A stretch of DNA of 64,000 nucleotides from Leucoraja erinacea. Taxonomy: Eukaryota. Location: positions 1 to 64,000 of the forward strand of contig NW_026576158.1 in the NCBI RefSeq assembly GCF_028641065.1, written 5' to 3'. The notes below the pieces were generated by a model that was not told the origin of the DNA, made no database searches, and saw only the letters and a list, made by a program, of their open reading frames with translations. Position 1 is the stretch's first letter. Each line of letters opens with the position of its first letter. Of this stretch, positions 51,907-63,890 are shown in pieces. Position numbers and translations under genes: made by a program.

Positions 51907-54299
51907 CACTACATTAAACCCCCACCACAAAACCTATTCCAAAGCAGAGACGCATAACGCCAGTGACATGAAGGCCCCAGAGCCACGTTGCATCCAATAC
52001 GAAAGAATGCATGAAGATCATAGCAGGAAAGGTCAATATAAGCGATTAGTTTTCATTCGCTACATAAATCACAATTCAGAGACGAATCAGCATGGATATC
52101 AAAGGGAAAGTGGTGATGTGGTGAGAGTGGTGAATCTCTGGAATTCTCTGCCACAGAGGGTAGTTGAGGCCACAGTTCAATGGCTATATTTAAGAGGGAG
52201 TTAGATGTGGCCCCAATGATATATTGTGGCTAAAGGGATCAGGGGGTATGGAGAGATACTGAGTTGGATGATCAGCCATGATCATATTGAATGGCGGTGC
52301 AGGCTCGAAGCGCCGAATGGCCTACTCCTGCACCTAATTTCTATGTTTCTATGTTTCTATGAAAGCTGTTGGAAAGCGGTTTAGGAGATTGAGGGGGGAT
52401 CTTATAGAAACTTCTTAAGGGGTTGCACAGGCTAGATGCAGGAAGATTGTTCCCGATGTTGGGGAAGTCCAGAACAAGGGGTCACAGTTTAAGGATAAGG
52501 GGGAGATATTTTAGGACCGAGATGAGAAAAACACTTTTCACACAGAGAGTGGTGAATCTCTGAAATTCTCTGCCGCAGAAGGTAGTTGAGGGCAGTTCAT
52601 TGGCTATATTTAAGGGGGAGTTAGAGGTGGCCCTTGTGGCTAAATGTATCAGGGGGTATGGAGAGAAGGCAGGTACATGATACTGAGTTGGATGATCAGC
52701 CATAATCATATTGAATGGCGGTGCAGGCTCGAAGGGCCAAATGGCCTCTATCCTGCACCTTCTAATTTCTAGGAAACAGGGTGGGGGGGGGGGGGAGGGG
52801 TCACAGTTAAGGATAACGGGGAAGTTTTTTAGGACCAAGATGATAAAAAAAAATGTCACAAAGAGAGTGGTGAATCTCTGTAATTCTCTGCCACAGAAGG
52901 TAGTTGAGGCCAGTTCATTGGCTATATTTAAGGGGGAGTTAGAGGTGGCCCTTGTGGCTAAAAGTATCAGGGGGTTATGGAGAGGCAAGGCACTCAGATA
53001 CTGAGTGGGATCAGCCCTATCATATTGAATTCTCTGCCACGAATGGCCAGTTGAGGCCTGCAGTCATTGGCTATATTTAAGAGGGATCAAGATGTGGCCC
53101 TTGTGGCTAAAGGGATCAGGGGGTAATATCTGGAATTCTCTGAAGAGAATGTAGGCACGTACAGGAATACTGGTGGATGATCAGCCATGATACATATTGA
53201 ATGGCGGTGCAGGATCGAAGGGCCGAATGGCCTACTCCTGCACCTATTTGCTACGTTTCTGTTTCTATGGTAGTTTCTTGCCAATGAAATACCTTAACCT
53301 TCCATAAACTTCTCGCACTTGTCAGTGGAACTAGGGACATCCTAGTCCTATAATTATGGTTCTGAGCGAAGCAGCTACGTTCAAGGAAGATTGTGCGAGG
53401 CAGTGTCGTATTTTGCAAAAGCAATCCCCACATTTCAGTATGAATTCTTAAAGTCTTAACTGAATAATGCATCACTGTAGCAAGCAAAATACTGTAAAAA
53501 AAAAAGACAAATTTGCAGAACCAGAACGATAATTTGTGAACTGGTGTACAACATTGTCGGATTTTAATATTCAATACGATTACGGGACAACTTGCATTAA
53601 ACAATCACCCGCAATTTTCAACTTCATTAGAAGCAACATGCTTAAATGCCATTTCTTTGTGCATTTGATCCAACGAGAGCAGACCAGAAACAAAAACGTT
53701 CAGGCTGACCGAATGAGGGTCCCGACCCGAACCGTAGTCTGTCCACTGATACTACTTAACTGGCTGAATTACCCTAACACTTTACGTTTTGCTCAAGATT
53801 TCAACAGTTACAGCTCCTTGCGTCTCCAGGGTTTGCTCTGATCACCTCCAGTTTACTGTTGCCAATGTATCATATGCAGAGAGGGCAGCCCGGTTCTTGA
53901 CGGGTTAATAACTGCAATGCTATGCAACGGCTTGGAAGAAGGTGGAAGGGACTACGGGCGATCTGCTGTTTTATGAATTGGGCGTTTGGGATGTATTTCT
54001 AAATTGCCATCCATGCTTTAGTTTACTTGTTGGTCAAACGTCACTCGACTGTACATGTAAATGTAGTTGAAGACCTGCATTAGAAAACATTCCACGACAT
54101 TCACCGAACCACCTTGACTCGGTAACCAGGAGACTGGGACGATGTACTCGGCTCCCCGGCGATACCTCTCAACCCCCACTCCCGTTCTCAACTCTTCTTC
54201 ATCCAAACAAGTACGACTGGTCAAATACCCGATCGATGATGCTGCGTGGTCCCACTTTCAATAAATAACAGACGGGGGTGTTGAAGGTTAAGTACTTAC

Positions 54300-54358
54300 T
54301 GGGTTCAACGAACAGTGTTGTTCCTTCCCCAAAAGTGAGCTTGGCACCACTCCTGTTG
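54300..54358 (-). CDS. TRDJ: J-like segment (NRSGAKLTFGEGTTLFVEP) without a recognisable RSS
   Basis: FGEG motif, VEP and A|gtaagt donor; no heptamer-12-nonamer found; 5' boundary approximate. Confidence 0.72.
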
Positions 54359-54611
54359 CATTCAGTTTAAGTAGATCAGTCCGGATTCCATCCACATCTC
54401 CCGGTAACCGTGTGTGTTGCTTTCTCCATGATAAGACTAGTCTGGGAAGAGAGTTTATCTCTACCATCATGCGATTCCTGTGCGCTCGAAGACAACGAAT
54501 GGTTAAAAACCCCTCAAAATAAATGTTAAATGGAACTTTAAGTCTAATGTTGGTAATACCGCTGAATATGAACCAAGCTACCGACTGGAAGGCGAGGCTC
54601 TGCAGTGGAGA

Positions 54612-54689
54612 GGTTAATGTATGGCGGCTGATAGCACTTGTATTACTGTGCGTATCCCACCCACGGTGTTACAAAGCAATACAAAAACC
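54612..54689 (-). other. TRDD: TCR delta D segment GGTGGGATACG (54651-54661) with flanking RSSs
   Basis: Plus strand GGTTAATGT-23-TACTGTG [D] CACGGTG-12-ACAAAAACC, i.e. 5' 12-RSS and 3' 23-RSS as in D-delta. Confidence 0.93.
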
Positions 54690-55002
54690 TCCACCTCGCT
54701 GCTGACCGCAACATCGCGTGACGGAACGCTCCACTGCGCAGTGCATTGAACGGAGAGAAACTTCCCAGAACCTTTAACTTGAGCGACGGGCAAAGTAACC
54801 AAACGCGAACCCGCGCGAGAGGGGGATGCGACCAATGGGCGGAGGAGGCAAGGAAGCTTACATCCGGCGGAAGTGTTTCAGCATTGGGGAAAAAACCCCA
54901 CATCAATGTCCAGGCAGCCGGAACAGTGCGGAGCGAAAACAAGAGAACACGTTCTTCTAAACTCGCAGATTAGGTCGCCGCAGTGGGACAGCCCCTTTAA
55001 GT

Positions 55003-55603
55003 ACTGCAGTTGTACAGGGCCCTCGTGAGACCACACCTGGAGTATTGCGTACAGTTTTGGTCTCCTAATCTGAGGAAACACATTCTTGCCATAGAGGGAG
55101 TACAGAGAAGGTTCACCAGACTGATTCCTGGGATGTCAGGACTTTCATATGAAGAAAGACTGGATAGACTCGGCTTGTACTCGCTAGAATTTAGACAATT
55201 GAGGGGGGGGGGGTCTTATAGAAACATACAAAATTCTTAAGAGGTTGGACAGGCTAGATGCAGGAAGATTGTTCCCGATGTTGGGGAAGTCCAGAGCAAG
55301 GGGTCACAGTTTAAGGATAAGGGGGAGATCTTTTAGGACCGAGATGAGAAAAACATTTTTCACACAGAAAGTGGTGAATCTCGGGAATTCTCTGCCGCAG
55401 AAGGTAGTTGAGGCCACAGTTCATTGGCTATATTTAAGGGGGAGTTAGAGGTGGCCCTTGTGGCTAAAGGTATCAGGGGGTATGGAGAGAAGGCAGGTAC
55501 ATGATACTGAGTTGGATGATCAGCCATGATCATATTGAATGGCGGTGCAGGCTCGAAGGGCCGAATGGCCTACTCCTGCACCTAATTTCTATGTTTCTAT
55601 GTT
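55003..55603 (+). mobile_element. CR1 LINE 3' fragment between the two D segments
   Basis: ORFs 55010-55240 and 55245-55448. Confidence 0.85.
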
Positions 55604-55802
55604 TGTAATGGGTGGAAGAGGCTCCAACTCTTCTTCGTTCTTCCATCCGGCGGAAATGTTTCAGCGCTGGGAAAAACCCCCATCAATATCCAGGCAACCG
55701 GAACCGTGCAGAGCGAGAACAAGAGTAGCACACCGCAAGGTTTCCGCTTGCAAGCGGAATTGGAACTGATGTGGTGGAGATGTCGATGCACTGCAGTAGG
55801 GA

Positions 55803-55882
55803 GGTTTATGTACGGCGGCTCGGGGCATTTTAGTCACTGTGCGTACCCCAGTCCCACAGTGAAACATCTCAATACAAAAACT
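55803..55882 (-). other. TRDD: TCR delta D segment GGACTGGGGTACG (55842-55854) with flanking RSSs
   Basis: Plus strand GGTTTATGT-23-CACTGTG [D] CACAGTG-12-ACAAAAACT. Confidence 0.95.
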
Positions 55883-55982
55883 CTTCCCTCGCAGCTGCCC
55901 ACAGACTCACACGAGGACATGCGCAGTGCTCTCAAGGCAGTGGAAACATCCTGGAGTTGTACGCATGAGCGAAGGAGGGGGT

Positions 55983-56025
<43 letters not shown>

Positions 56026-56755
56026 GGGGTGTGTGAAAACTACTGACCAGAGGTGCGATCAATGAGATTGGGGGCGTGCAAAGGCGAAGCAGCAATACGC
56101 TGTGTCCTGATTATACTTTAAAACCGAGATGATGAGAAGAACATTTTTCACACAGAGAGTGGTGAATCTCTGGAACTCTCTGCCGCAGAGGGTAGTTGGG
56201 GCCAGTTAGTTGACTGTATTTAAGAGGGAGTTAGATGTGGCCCTTGTGGCTAAAGGGATCAGGGGGTATGGAGAGAAGGCAGGTACGGGATACTGAGTTG
56301 GATGATCAGCCATGATCATATTGAATGGCGGTGCAGGTTCTAAGGGCCGAATGGCCTACTCCTGCACCTATTTTCGTGATTCTACATTTCTATGTGCGAT
56401 GCGATCGTCCAGTCCACATCAACAATTTTATTCATCCATCGATTTCGTGGGTGTGCCTTCAAATTCCGGCAGGGACATTCTCAGACACAATCCACATGAA
56501 GTCATATAGTGATACAGCGTGCACACAGCCCTTTTGGGTGCCCGTCCTAGACACACTGGTCCCATCTGCCCGCGGTTGGCCCGTATCTCTCTAAACTTGT
56601 CCTAACCACGTACTTGTCTCACTGTTTCTTAAACATTGGGATAGTCCCTGCCTCAAACGCCTCCTCTGGTAGGCCATTAACTACAACCACCACTCTTTGG
56701 GTAAAAAAGCTGCCCTCAGACTCCTATAAAATATTTTCCCCTTCACCTTAAACCT

Positions 56756-57024
56756 ATGTCCGCTGGCACAGGCGGGGGATGATGGCTGAATTTAGGGAAG
56801 TATCACAACGGCTGGGAAGGCGGATGAAGGCTGAAGCAGAAAAGGGTCCCCGGTCGTCTTGGACTCCATACCACTAGATTCTGACCCAGACCTATCAAAG
56901 GACCGTGTGTTGGTTGGCTGTGCACCAGTCTCCCCACGTTAAACAAAGTCACGCACAGGCGTCCTCCTTGAGAGGCCAATCGTACTGGTTTCGAGTGACC
57001 GCCGATGATGATGATGTCCTCTGG
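56756..57024 (+). mobile_element. Short RTE-related SINE-like insertion with (GAT)n tail, inside an old CR1
   Basis: Flanking ATGTCC(G/T)CTGG direct repeats at 56756 and 57014; GATGATGATGAT tail. Confidence 0.55.
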
Positions 57025-58189
57025 TCCTCGAATTCCGTACTCTGGGCAAGAGACTCTGAGTATCTACCCGATCTATTCCTCTCATAATTGTATACACCTC
57101 TATAAGATCACACCCTTCATCCTCCTGCGCTCCAAGGACTATAGTTACAGCCTAAACCTCTCCTTATAGCTCAAACCTTCTTATCCTGGCAACATCCTCG
57201 TGATACAACTGCAACATGACCTCCCAATATTCAATATTCAGTTCTCTGACTGAAGAAGGCTTATGTGCCAAAAGCCTTTTTGACCACCAGCTACTCAAGG
57301 AACCATGCTCCCGCACTCCGAGATCTCTCTGCTCTCCGACACTTCCTAACGCCCTACCATTCACTCTATAGATCTTGCCCCATGTTAGACTATTAAGATA
57401 CTCTGTGCATTTACCCGACCTATTCATCTCACGCCTCTATAGGATCACCCTTCATCCCCCTGCGCTCCAAGGAATGTAGTTACAGCCTAATTCTCTCCAT
57501 GTAGCCCAGACCATCTCATCCTGGCAACATCCTCGTGATACAACTGCAACGACCAACAATATTCAATATTCAGTTCTCTGACTGATGACGGCTAATGTGC
57601 CAAAAACCTTTTTGACCACCTTATCGACCTGCGACTCCAACTCCAAGGAACCATGCACCCGCACTCCGAGATCACTCTGGTCTACGACACCCCCTAAAGC
57701 CCTACCATTCACTCTGTAGATCTTGCCCATGTTAGACTTCGCAAAATGGAACACCTCACATTTCTCTGTATTAAGTTGCATTGGCCATTTCTCAAGCCCA
57801 CCTGGCAAATCGATCAAGATCCTGCTGGAAATGTTCACACCCATCTTCACTATCTGCAGAACCGCCCAGTTTTTGTGTCCTCTGCAAACTTGGTCATCTT
57901 TCCATGTATGTTCTCAGCCGAATCATTCATGTAGATGACAAACAGTAGTGGGTCCAGCTGCGAATCCCGAGGCACACCATTAGTCACAGACCTCCATTGC
58001 AGGAAGCAACCTTTCACCATCACCCTCTGCTTCCTGCCATGAAGCTAATTTTCTATCCATTCTGCTCTCTCTCCCTGAATTCCACGCGCTCTAACCTTCC
58101 ACAGCAGCCTACCATGTGGGGCATTGTCGAATGCTTTGCTGAAGTCCTAGTATACAGCATCTACAGCTCTGCCCTTATAAACACTTATT

Positions 58190-58502
58190 AAGGGCCTGTC
58201 CCACGAGCATGCGACCTGCATGCGGCGAGCGCGACCAAACCGGAAGCGGGGGGCGCGCGGAGGTCGAGTGAGTGACGTGAAGTTCGAGCGATGTCCGCGC
58301 GTCAAGACGCTGCGTACGGCGCCAAGACGCTGCGCACGCCCGTCGAGTGTGTGACGTACGGCGTTGAGGCGGCTGCGGGCCGGCAGGCCGTCGCCGTGCG
58401 GAAGTTTTGAACTCTGTCAGTTTTTCGGAGCCCCGCGCGATGTCGGGACAAGCTCCGCACAACTCCCTACGACTCCGGCGATCGAAGTGGGACCGGCCCC
58501 GC
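58190..58502. mobile_element. GC-rich MITE with GGGCCTGTCCCAC-type TIRs
   Basis: agggcctgtcccac...gtgggaccggcccc; CpG-rich interior. Confidence 0.6.
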
Positions 58503-58769
58503 GAGGGGTTATTATCTAGAACAATTACAGAAATGGACGGAGAAGTGGCAGGTGAGGTTTAATCCGATCAATTATGAGGCATTGTACATTGCGACGTCGA
58601 GTATACGCGGAACGTGTATAGGTAATGGCAGTACCATCAACAGCATCAACAGAGGGATCTTGAGGTCCAAGCCCACAGCCTCCCGGAAATGACACATCTA
58701 AATTAGATTGTTCAATCATGATTAGATTGGCAATCTATGCAGGGCTAACATTCCTACTTCACCTAGGAT

Positions 58770-59390
58770 GGAGTGTTTATGGTGCTTATCTTTCACCCGA
58801 CCAGTTTTCGCATTCAAAGCAGGGTTCTCCAACATTCCCCCTACCCAGGTCCAGAGTGAACCCAGCAACAATCACATCTTCCCATCTCCAATCCTTTCCG
58901 CTTTCCACGGCGAAGACTCAATCCGCGACGCCTCGGTGCATCCATCTCTTCACGCTCTAACCATTCTCTCCCCAGGTACTTTACCTATTCAACCATTGGA
59001 GATGTAACATCTGTCCCGCCACCTCCACCGTCAGATCCGTCCAAGACTCCAGTAGCCCTTCCAGGTGATATACAGCTTCACATTGAGATCCACTACACTC
59101 GTTTACTGCCTTCGGGGGTACGACTATGTCCTTCCTTTACGTCGGCGAGACCAAGCATAGACTAGACGAATAATTCACTAAACACTTGGGGTCGGTAGGC
59201 CAGGGCTTGTTGGATATATCGTTTGCTAACCATTTTGACTTCCATTCCCATTCTCGTACTGACTTTTCTGTCCTGGCCTTCTTTCCACAGCAAGGTTGAA
59301 GCTGTTGGCGAACTAGAGGAACAGCACCCCGCATTACTCGTGGGTTTTCTAAAACCTACCGGCATGAACATTGCATTCTCTAATATTGGG
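58770..59390 (+). mobile_element. Degenerate Penelope-like element (GIY-YIG endonuclease region)
   Basis: LYVGETKHRL and LEEQH...GMNIAFSN motifs. Confidence 0.7.
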
Positions 59391-59402
59391 GTACTATCCA
59401 AC

Positions 59403-59827
59403 AAACACTCTAGAATTTAGGAGATTGAGAGGGGATCTTATAGAAACTTACAAAATTCTTAAGGGGTTGGACAGGCTAGATGCAGGAAGATTGCTCCCGA
59501 TGTTGGGGAAGTCCAGGACAAGGGGTCACAGCTTAAGGATCAGGGGGAAATCCTTTAAAACCGAGATGAGAAGAACTTTTTTTCACACAGAGAGTGGTGA
59601 ATCTCTGGAACTCTCTGCCGCAGAGGGTAGTCGAGGTCAGTTCATTGGCTATATTTAAGAGGGAGTTAGATGTGGCCCTTGCGGCTAAGGGGATCAGAGG
59701 GTATGGAGAGAAGGCAGGTACGGGATACTGAGTTGGATGATCAGCCATGATCATATTGAATGGCGGTGCAGGCTCGAAGGGCCGAATGGCCTACTCCTGC
59801 ACCTAGTTTCTATGTTTCTATGTTTCT
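59403..59827 (+). mobile_element. CR1 LINE 3' fragment
   Basis: LEFRRLRGDLIETYK motif and tail. Confidence 0.85.
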
Positions 59828-60399
59828 AACACGTGCCCTCCCCCATCTGCTCCCTGCGCCCAGTTGTAGGGCTACCTATTTATCCCATAAAACCGGCCCC
59901 TTGCCCCCACCCACCTTTATCCCTCCCTCTGGGGCCACCTTTCCCTCCCCTTCATTTCTTAACCTCTTGATTCACAGCCTTTTGCGTTTTCATCACTGGC
60001 CGTTGTCCGGACATCTGCCAAACAAAACTCTCCTCATCTGTATCCCCTATCGCTCGGATGGACGCGTCCTGCCCCGAGATTTCCTCCTGGTTTCTCCCCG
60101 ACAATGTCTGGAAAGTGGTCCGACAGGGAACTGGACCATCCCGGAGGAAGCCTGCACGGTCACAGGTAGAATCGTCAAATCCCATGCTGACAGCGGTCGA
60201 ACTTGTGGTTCGGCGAGGCAGTGGTCCTACAAGCTGCGATATTCGTTCTGCCCATGGACTCGCTTGAATACCACATTTGAAATGAAATTATGTTGTTAAA
60301 ATTCAATTTCGAAATTTCTTGCATCCATTTCAGACATTGCCCTGTGATACTTAAGATAGTCACAACATGCTGGCGTGACTCCGGCATGAAGTGACTATT

Positions 60400-61040
60400 T
60401 GGTATGCTAGCCTTTATAAATCAGAGCATTGAGTATAGAAGCTGGGATGTAATGTTAAAATTGTACAAGGCATTGGTGAGACCAAATCTGGAGTATGGTG
60501 TACAATTTTGGTCGCCCAATTATAGGAAGGATGTCAACAAAATAGAGAGAGTACAGAGGAGATTTACTAGAATGATGCCTGGGTTTCAACAACTAAGTTA
60601 CAGAGAAAGGTTGAATAAGTTAGGTCATTATTCTCTGGAGAGCAGAAGGTTAAGGGGGGACTTGATAGAGGTCTTTAGAATGATGAGAGGGATAGACAGA
60701 GTTGATGTGGACCAGCTTTTCCCTTTGAGAATAGGGAAGATTCAAACAAGAGGACATGACTTGAGAATTAAAGGACAGAAGTTTAGGGGTAACATGAGGG
60801 GGAACTTCTTTACTCAGAGAGTGGTAGCGGTGTGGAATGAGCTTCCAGTGGAAGTGGTGGAGGCAGGTTCGTTGGTATCATTTTAAAATAAATTGGATAG
60901 GCATATGGATGAGAAGGGAATGAAGGGTTATGGTATGGGTGCAGGCAGGTGGGACTAAGGGAAAAAAAAGTTATTCGGCACGGACTTGTAGGGCCGAGAA
61001 TGACCTGTTTCCGTGCTGTAATTGTTATATGGTTATATAA
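60400..61040 (+). mobile_element. CR1 LINE 3' fragment (second subfamily)
   Basis: ORF 60404-60886. Confidence 0.9.
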
Positions 61041-61959
61041 TTATAACTCAGCAGCATCTCTGGCAAGCAGCATCTCTGGATAAAAGAAATTGGTGACATT
61101 TCGGGTCAAGACCTTTTAACGACGTCCGTTGTCCTGCCCCCAGTCTCGCATCTTTACTATAAACAATTTCAAGCCCTGGGATACCTACATGGAACTGACA
61201 GTGTGTCAAGTACACAAACAAACTGCTCCATACCATACACCATGATCGAATCAAGAGTTTTCATTACACGTTCCTTCCCAGGATGGGACTAGAATGAGGC
61301 AGGAGAAATTGGAATTGCTTAGTTTAAAAATTGGAAATAAATTAAACGCAGGTTGATAACAAATGTTGAAATATGCAGTTAGCGCGATGAGGTAAATATG
61401 CTCCTTGTGTGTGTGTAGATTTGAGTGAATTTGCGAACAGAACGAGATATCCCGGCGTGGAATGCGCCGCGCCATTGTGTCGCCCCTGTGTTTACGGGCG
61501 ACAGGACGAATAGGCCTCCGCCATGGGCAATGACAAACCCAGAGGAGCTGACTGCCAGTTGCTTGGAAGGAATGTGACTTATTAACCGACAACTACAAGG
61601 CATTTGGACTGGTGCATGTATAGGAAAGGCTTAGAGGGAAATGGGCCAGTGCGGGGCTTTGGAATTTGCAAAGATTAGACATCTTGTTCGGCATGGACAG
61701 GGTGGACCCAAGGGCATATTTCGTGGTAGAGTACCCCATGACCCCGTGACGTTGTGACTCTAAGAGAAAGATCCGCCAATTTGTAGGAACGGTTGCCAAT
61801 GGTTATGGGGAGAAGGCAGGTGAATTGGGTAAAGAGGGAGTGCTAGATCAGCCATGGCTGAAGGGCAGAGTAGACTCGATGGGCCGAACGGCCTAATTCT
61901 GTTCCTATAATTTATGAACATATGAACCTATGAAGTGGGTAGATCTGCGGCCGAGCGGC

Positions 61960-62582
61960 GGAGTAGGGAGGTTCTACTGCAGTTGTACAGGGTCTTGGTG
62001 AGACCACACCTGGAGTATTGCGTACAGTTTTGCTCTCATAATCTGAGGAAGGACATCCCTGCCATAGAGGGAGTACAGAGAAGGTTCGCCAGACTGATTC
62101 CTGGGATGTCAGGGCTTTCATATGAAGAAAGACTGGATAGACTCGGCTTGTACTCGCTACAATTTAGAAGATTGAGGGGGGATCTTATAGAAACTTACAA
62201 AATTCTTAAGGGGTTGGACAGGCTAGATGCTGGAAGATTGTTCCCGATGTTGGGGAAGTCCAGAACAAGGGGTCACACAGTTTATGGATAAGAGGGAAGT
62301 CTTTTAGGACCGAGATGAGAAAAAACATTTTTTACACAGACAGTGGTGAATCTGGGGAATTCTCTGCCACAGAATGTAGTTGAGGCCACGGTTCATTGGC
62401 TATATTTAAGAGGGAGTTAGATGTGGCCCTTTTGGCTAAAGGCATCAGGGGGTATGGAGAGAAGGCAGGTACAGGATACTGAGTTGGATGATCAGCCATG
62501 ATCATATTGAATGGCGGTGCAGGCTCGAAGGACCGAATGGACTCTACTCCTGCACCTAATTTCTATGTTTCTATGTTTCTAT
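61960..62582 (+). mobile_element. CR1 LINE 3' fragment
   Basis: ORF 61935-62291 and tail. Confidence 0.88.
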
Positions 62583-62718
62583 CACTTCTGCTGCTGCGTT
62601 GACGCGATCCTTTTGTGAGAGGGGACGGCCGGCGCTTCGACAGTTTGAGCTGTTGATGGCGAAAAGTGATGTTGTCTGGTTCTACCTCTGGGTTTTCCTA
62701 GCGGTTACTGCGCACGGG

Positions 62719-62756
62719 TGTTTTTCACCAGCACAGCCGCCGATCATACGGCTGTG
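62719..62756 (-). promoter_or_regulatory. 23-type RSS of the V segment
   Basis: Minus strand CACAGCC, 22-bp spacer, TGAAAAACA, immediately after YYCAA. Confidence 0.7.
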
Positions 62757-63054
62757 GTAGCAGCGCAGTAATATACGGCAATGTCGTCCACCCGGACGTG
62801 GTTTACGTGCAAGTATAGGTTCGAGTTGGAGCTTGTAGCCTTATGTCGGCCTTGCACGTCAGGAGCATACTGGATATCGGTGGAGTCGTAGTATCTCGTC
62901 GTCCATTCCAGTCCTTTCCCTGGACGCTGTCGGTACCAGTACATGATGTAGGAGTCAATGGAACCCCCCGTCATTTCGCACGAGAACCGGATATTTCCTC
63001 CGACCTGCACAGCAGCAGTTCCCGGTTGGGTGAGCACGGGGACCGATGCGGCCT
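62757..63054 (-). CDS. Antigen-receptor V gene segment (V exon) in the TCR delta locus; Ig-like, possibly TAILV-type
   Basis: Acceptor ctttctcctaacag; open frame VPVLTQPG...FSC...WYRQRPGKGLEW...YAPDVQGR...DIAVYYCAA with both Cys and the Trp; RSS follows; leader exon not found in the window. Confidence 0.92.
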
Positions 63055-63429
63055 CTGTTAGGAGAAAGGGCGGGAGAATAATAGGAGGTGCATTGAGGAA
63101 GGGACTACTGCAGCCCAAACATAGACACATAGAATATAGGTGCAGGAGTAGGCCATTCGGCCCTTCGAGGCTGCACCGCCATTCAATATGATCATGGCTG
63201 ATCTTCCAAAAAATACTATCTTTAACGGTGCGTTGTTAGCACGTGTCTCTTCCTCAAATAGAATAGCCTTCTGCAATATGGACAGCCGGATATTTAGAAT
63301 GCATGCAACCTAGTGAGAGATTATGGAGCAAAATGGAAAGATTGGAGGCTGATGGTGAACAAGGTAGCGCTGAGGCGCCTTGCTGACCTTTCTCACCAAA
63401 GTCTTCCACAGTGCACCAAGCCAGGACAC

Positions 63430-63890
63430 ATAGACATAGAAAATAGGCGCAGGAGGAGGCCATTCGGCCCTTCGAGCCTGCACCGCCATTCAATACGATC
63501 ATGGCTGATCATCCAACTCAGTATCCCGTACCTGCCTTCTCTCCATACATGCCTCTACCCACAAGGGCCACATCTAACTCCCTCTTAAATAGAACCAATG
63601 AACTGGCCTCAACTATTTTCTGTGGCAGAGAATTCCACAGATTCACCACTGTCTGTGTGAAAAAAAAATCTAATCTCGGTCCTAAAATACTTTATGCTTA
63701 AACTGTGTGACCCCTTGTTCTGGACCTCCCCAACATCGGGAACAATCTTCCTGCAGCTAGCCTGTCCAACCCCTTAGGAATGTTGTAAATTTCTATAAGA
63801 TCCCCCCTCAATCTTCTAAATCCAGCGGGTACAAGCCGAGTCTATCCAGTCTTTCTTCGTACGAAAGTCCTACTACCCCAAAGTCCTGCC
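63430..63890 (-). mobile_element. CR1 LINE 3' fragment in the V leader intron
   Basis: CR1 3' sequence and tail. Confidence 0.8.

Noticed and set aside
54018-54224. 68-aa minus-strand ORF
   Set aside because: No recognisable domain or splice context; lies in the J-J spacer
56066-56115. Possible third D segment at CGCTGTG
   Set aside because: No nonamer at 23 bp; the other side is CR1 sequence
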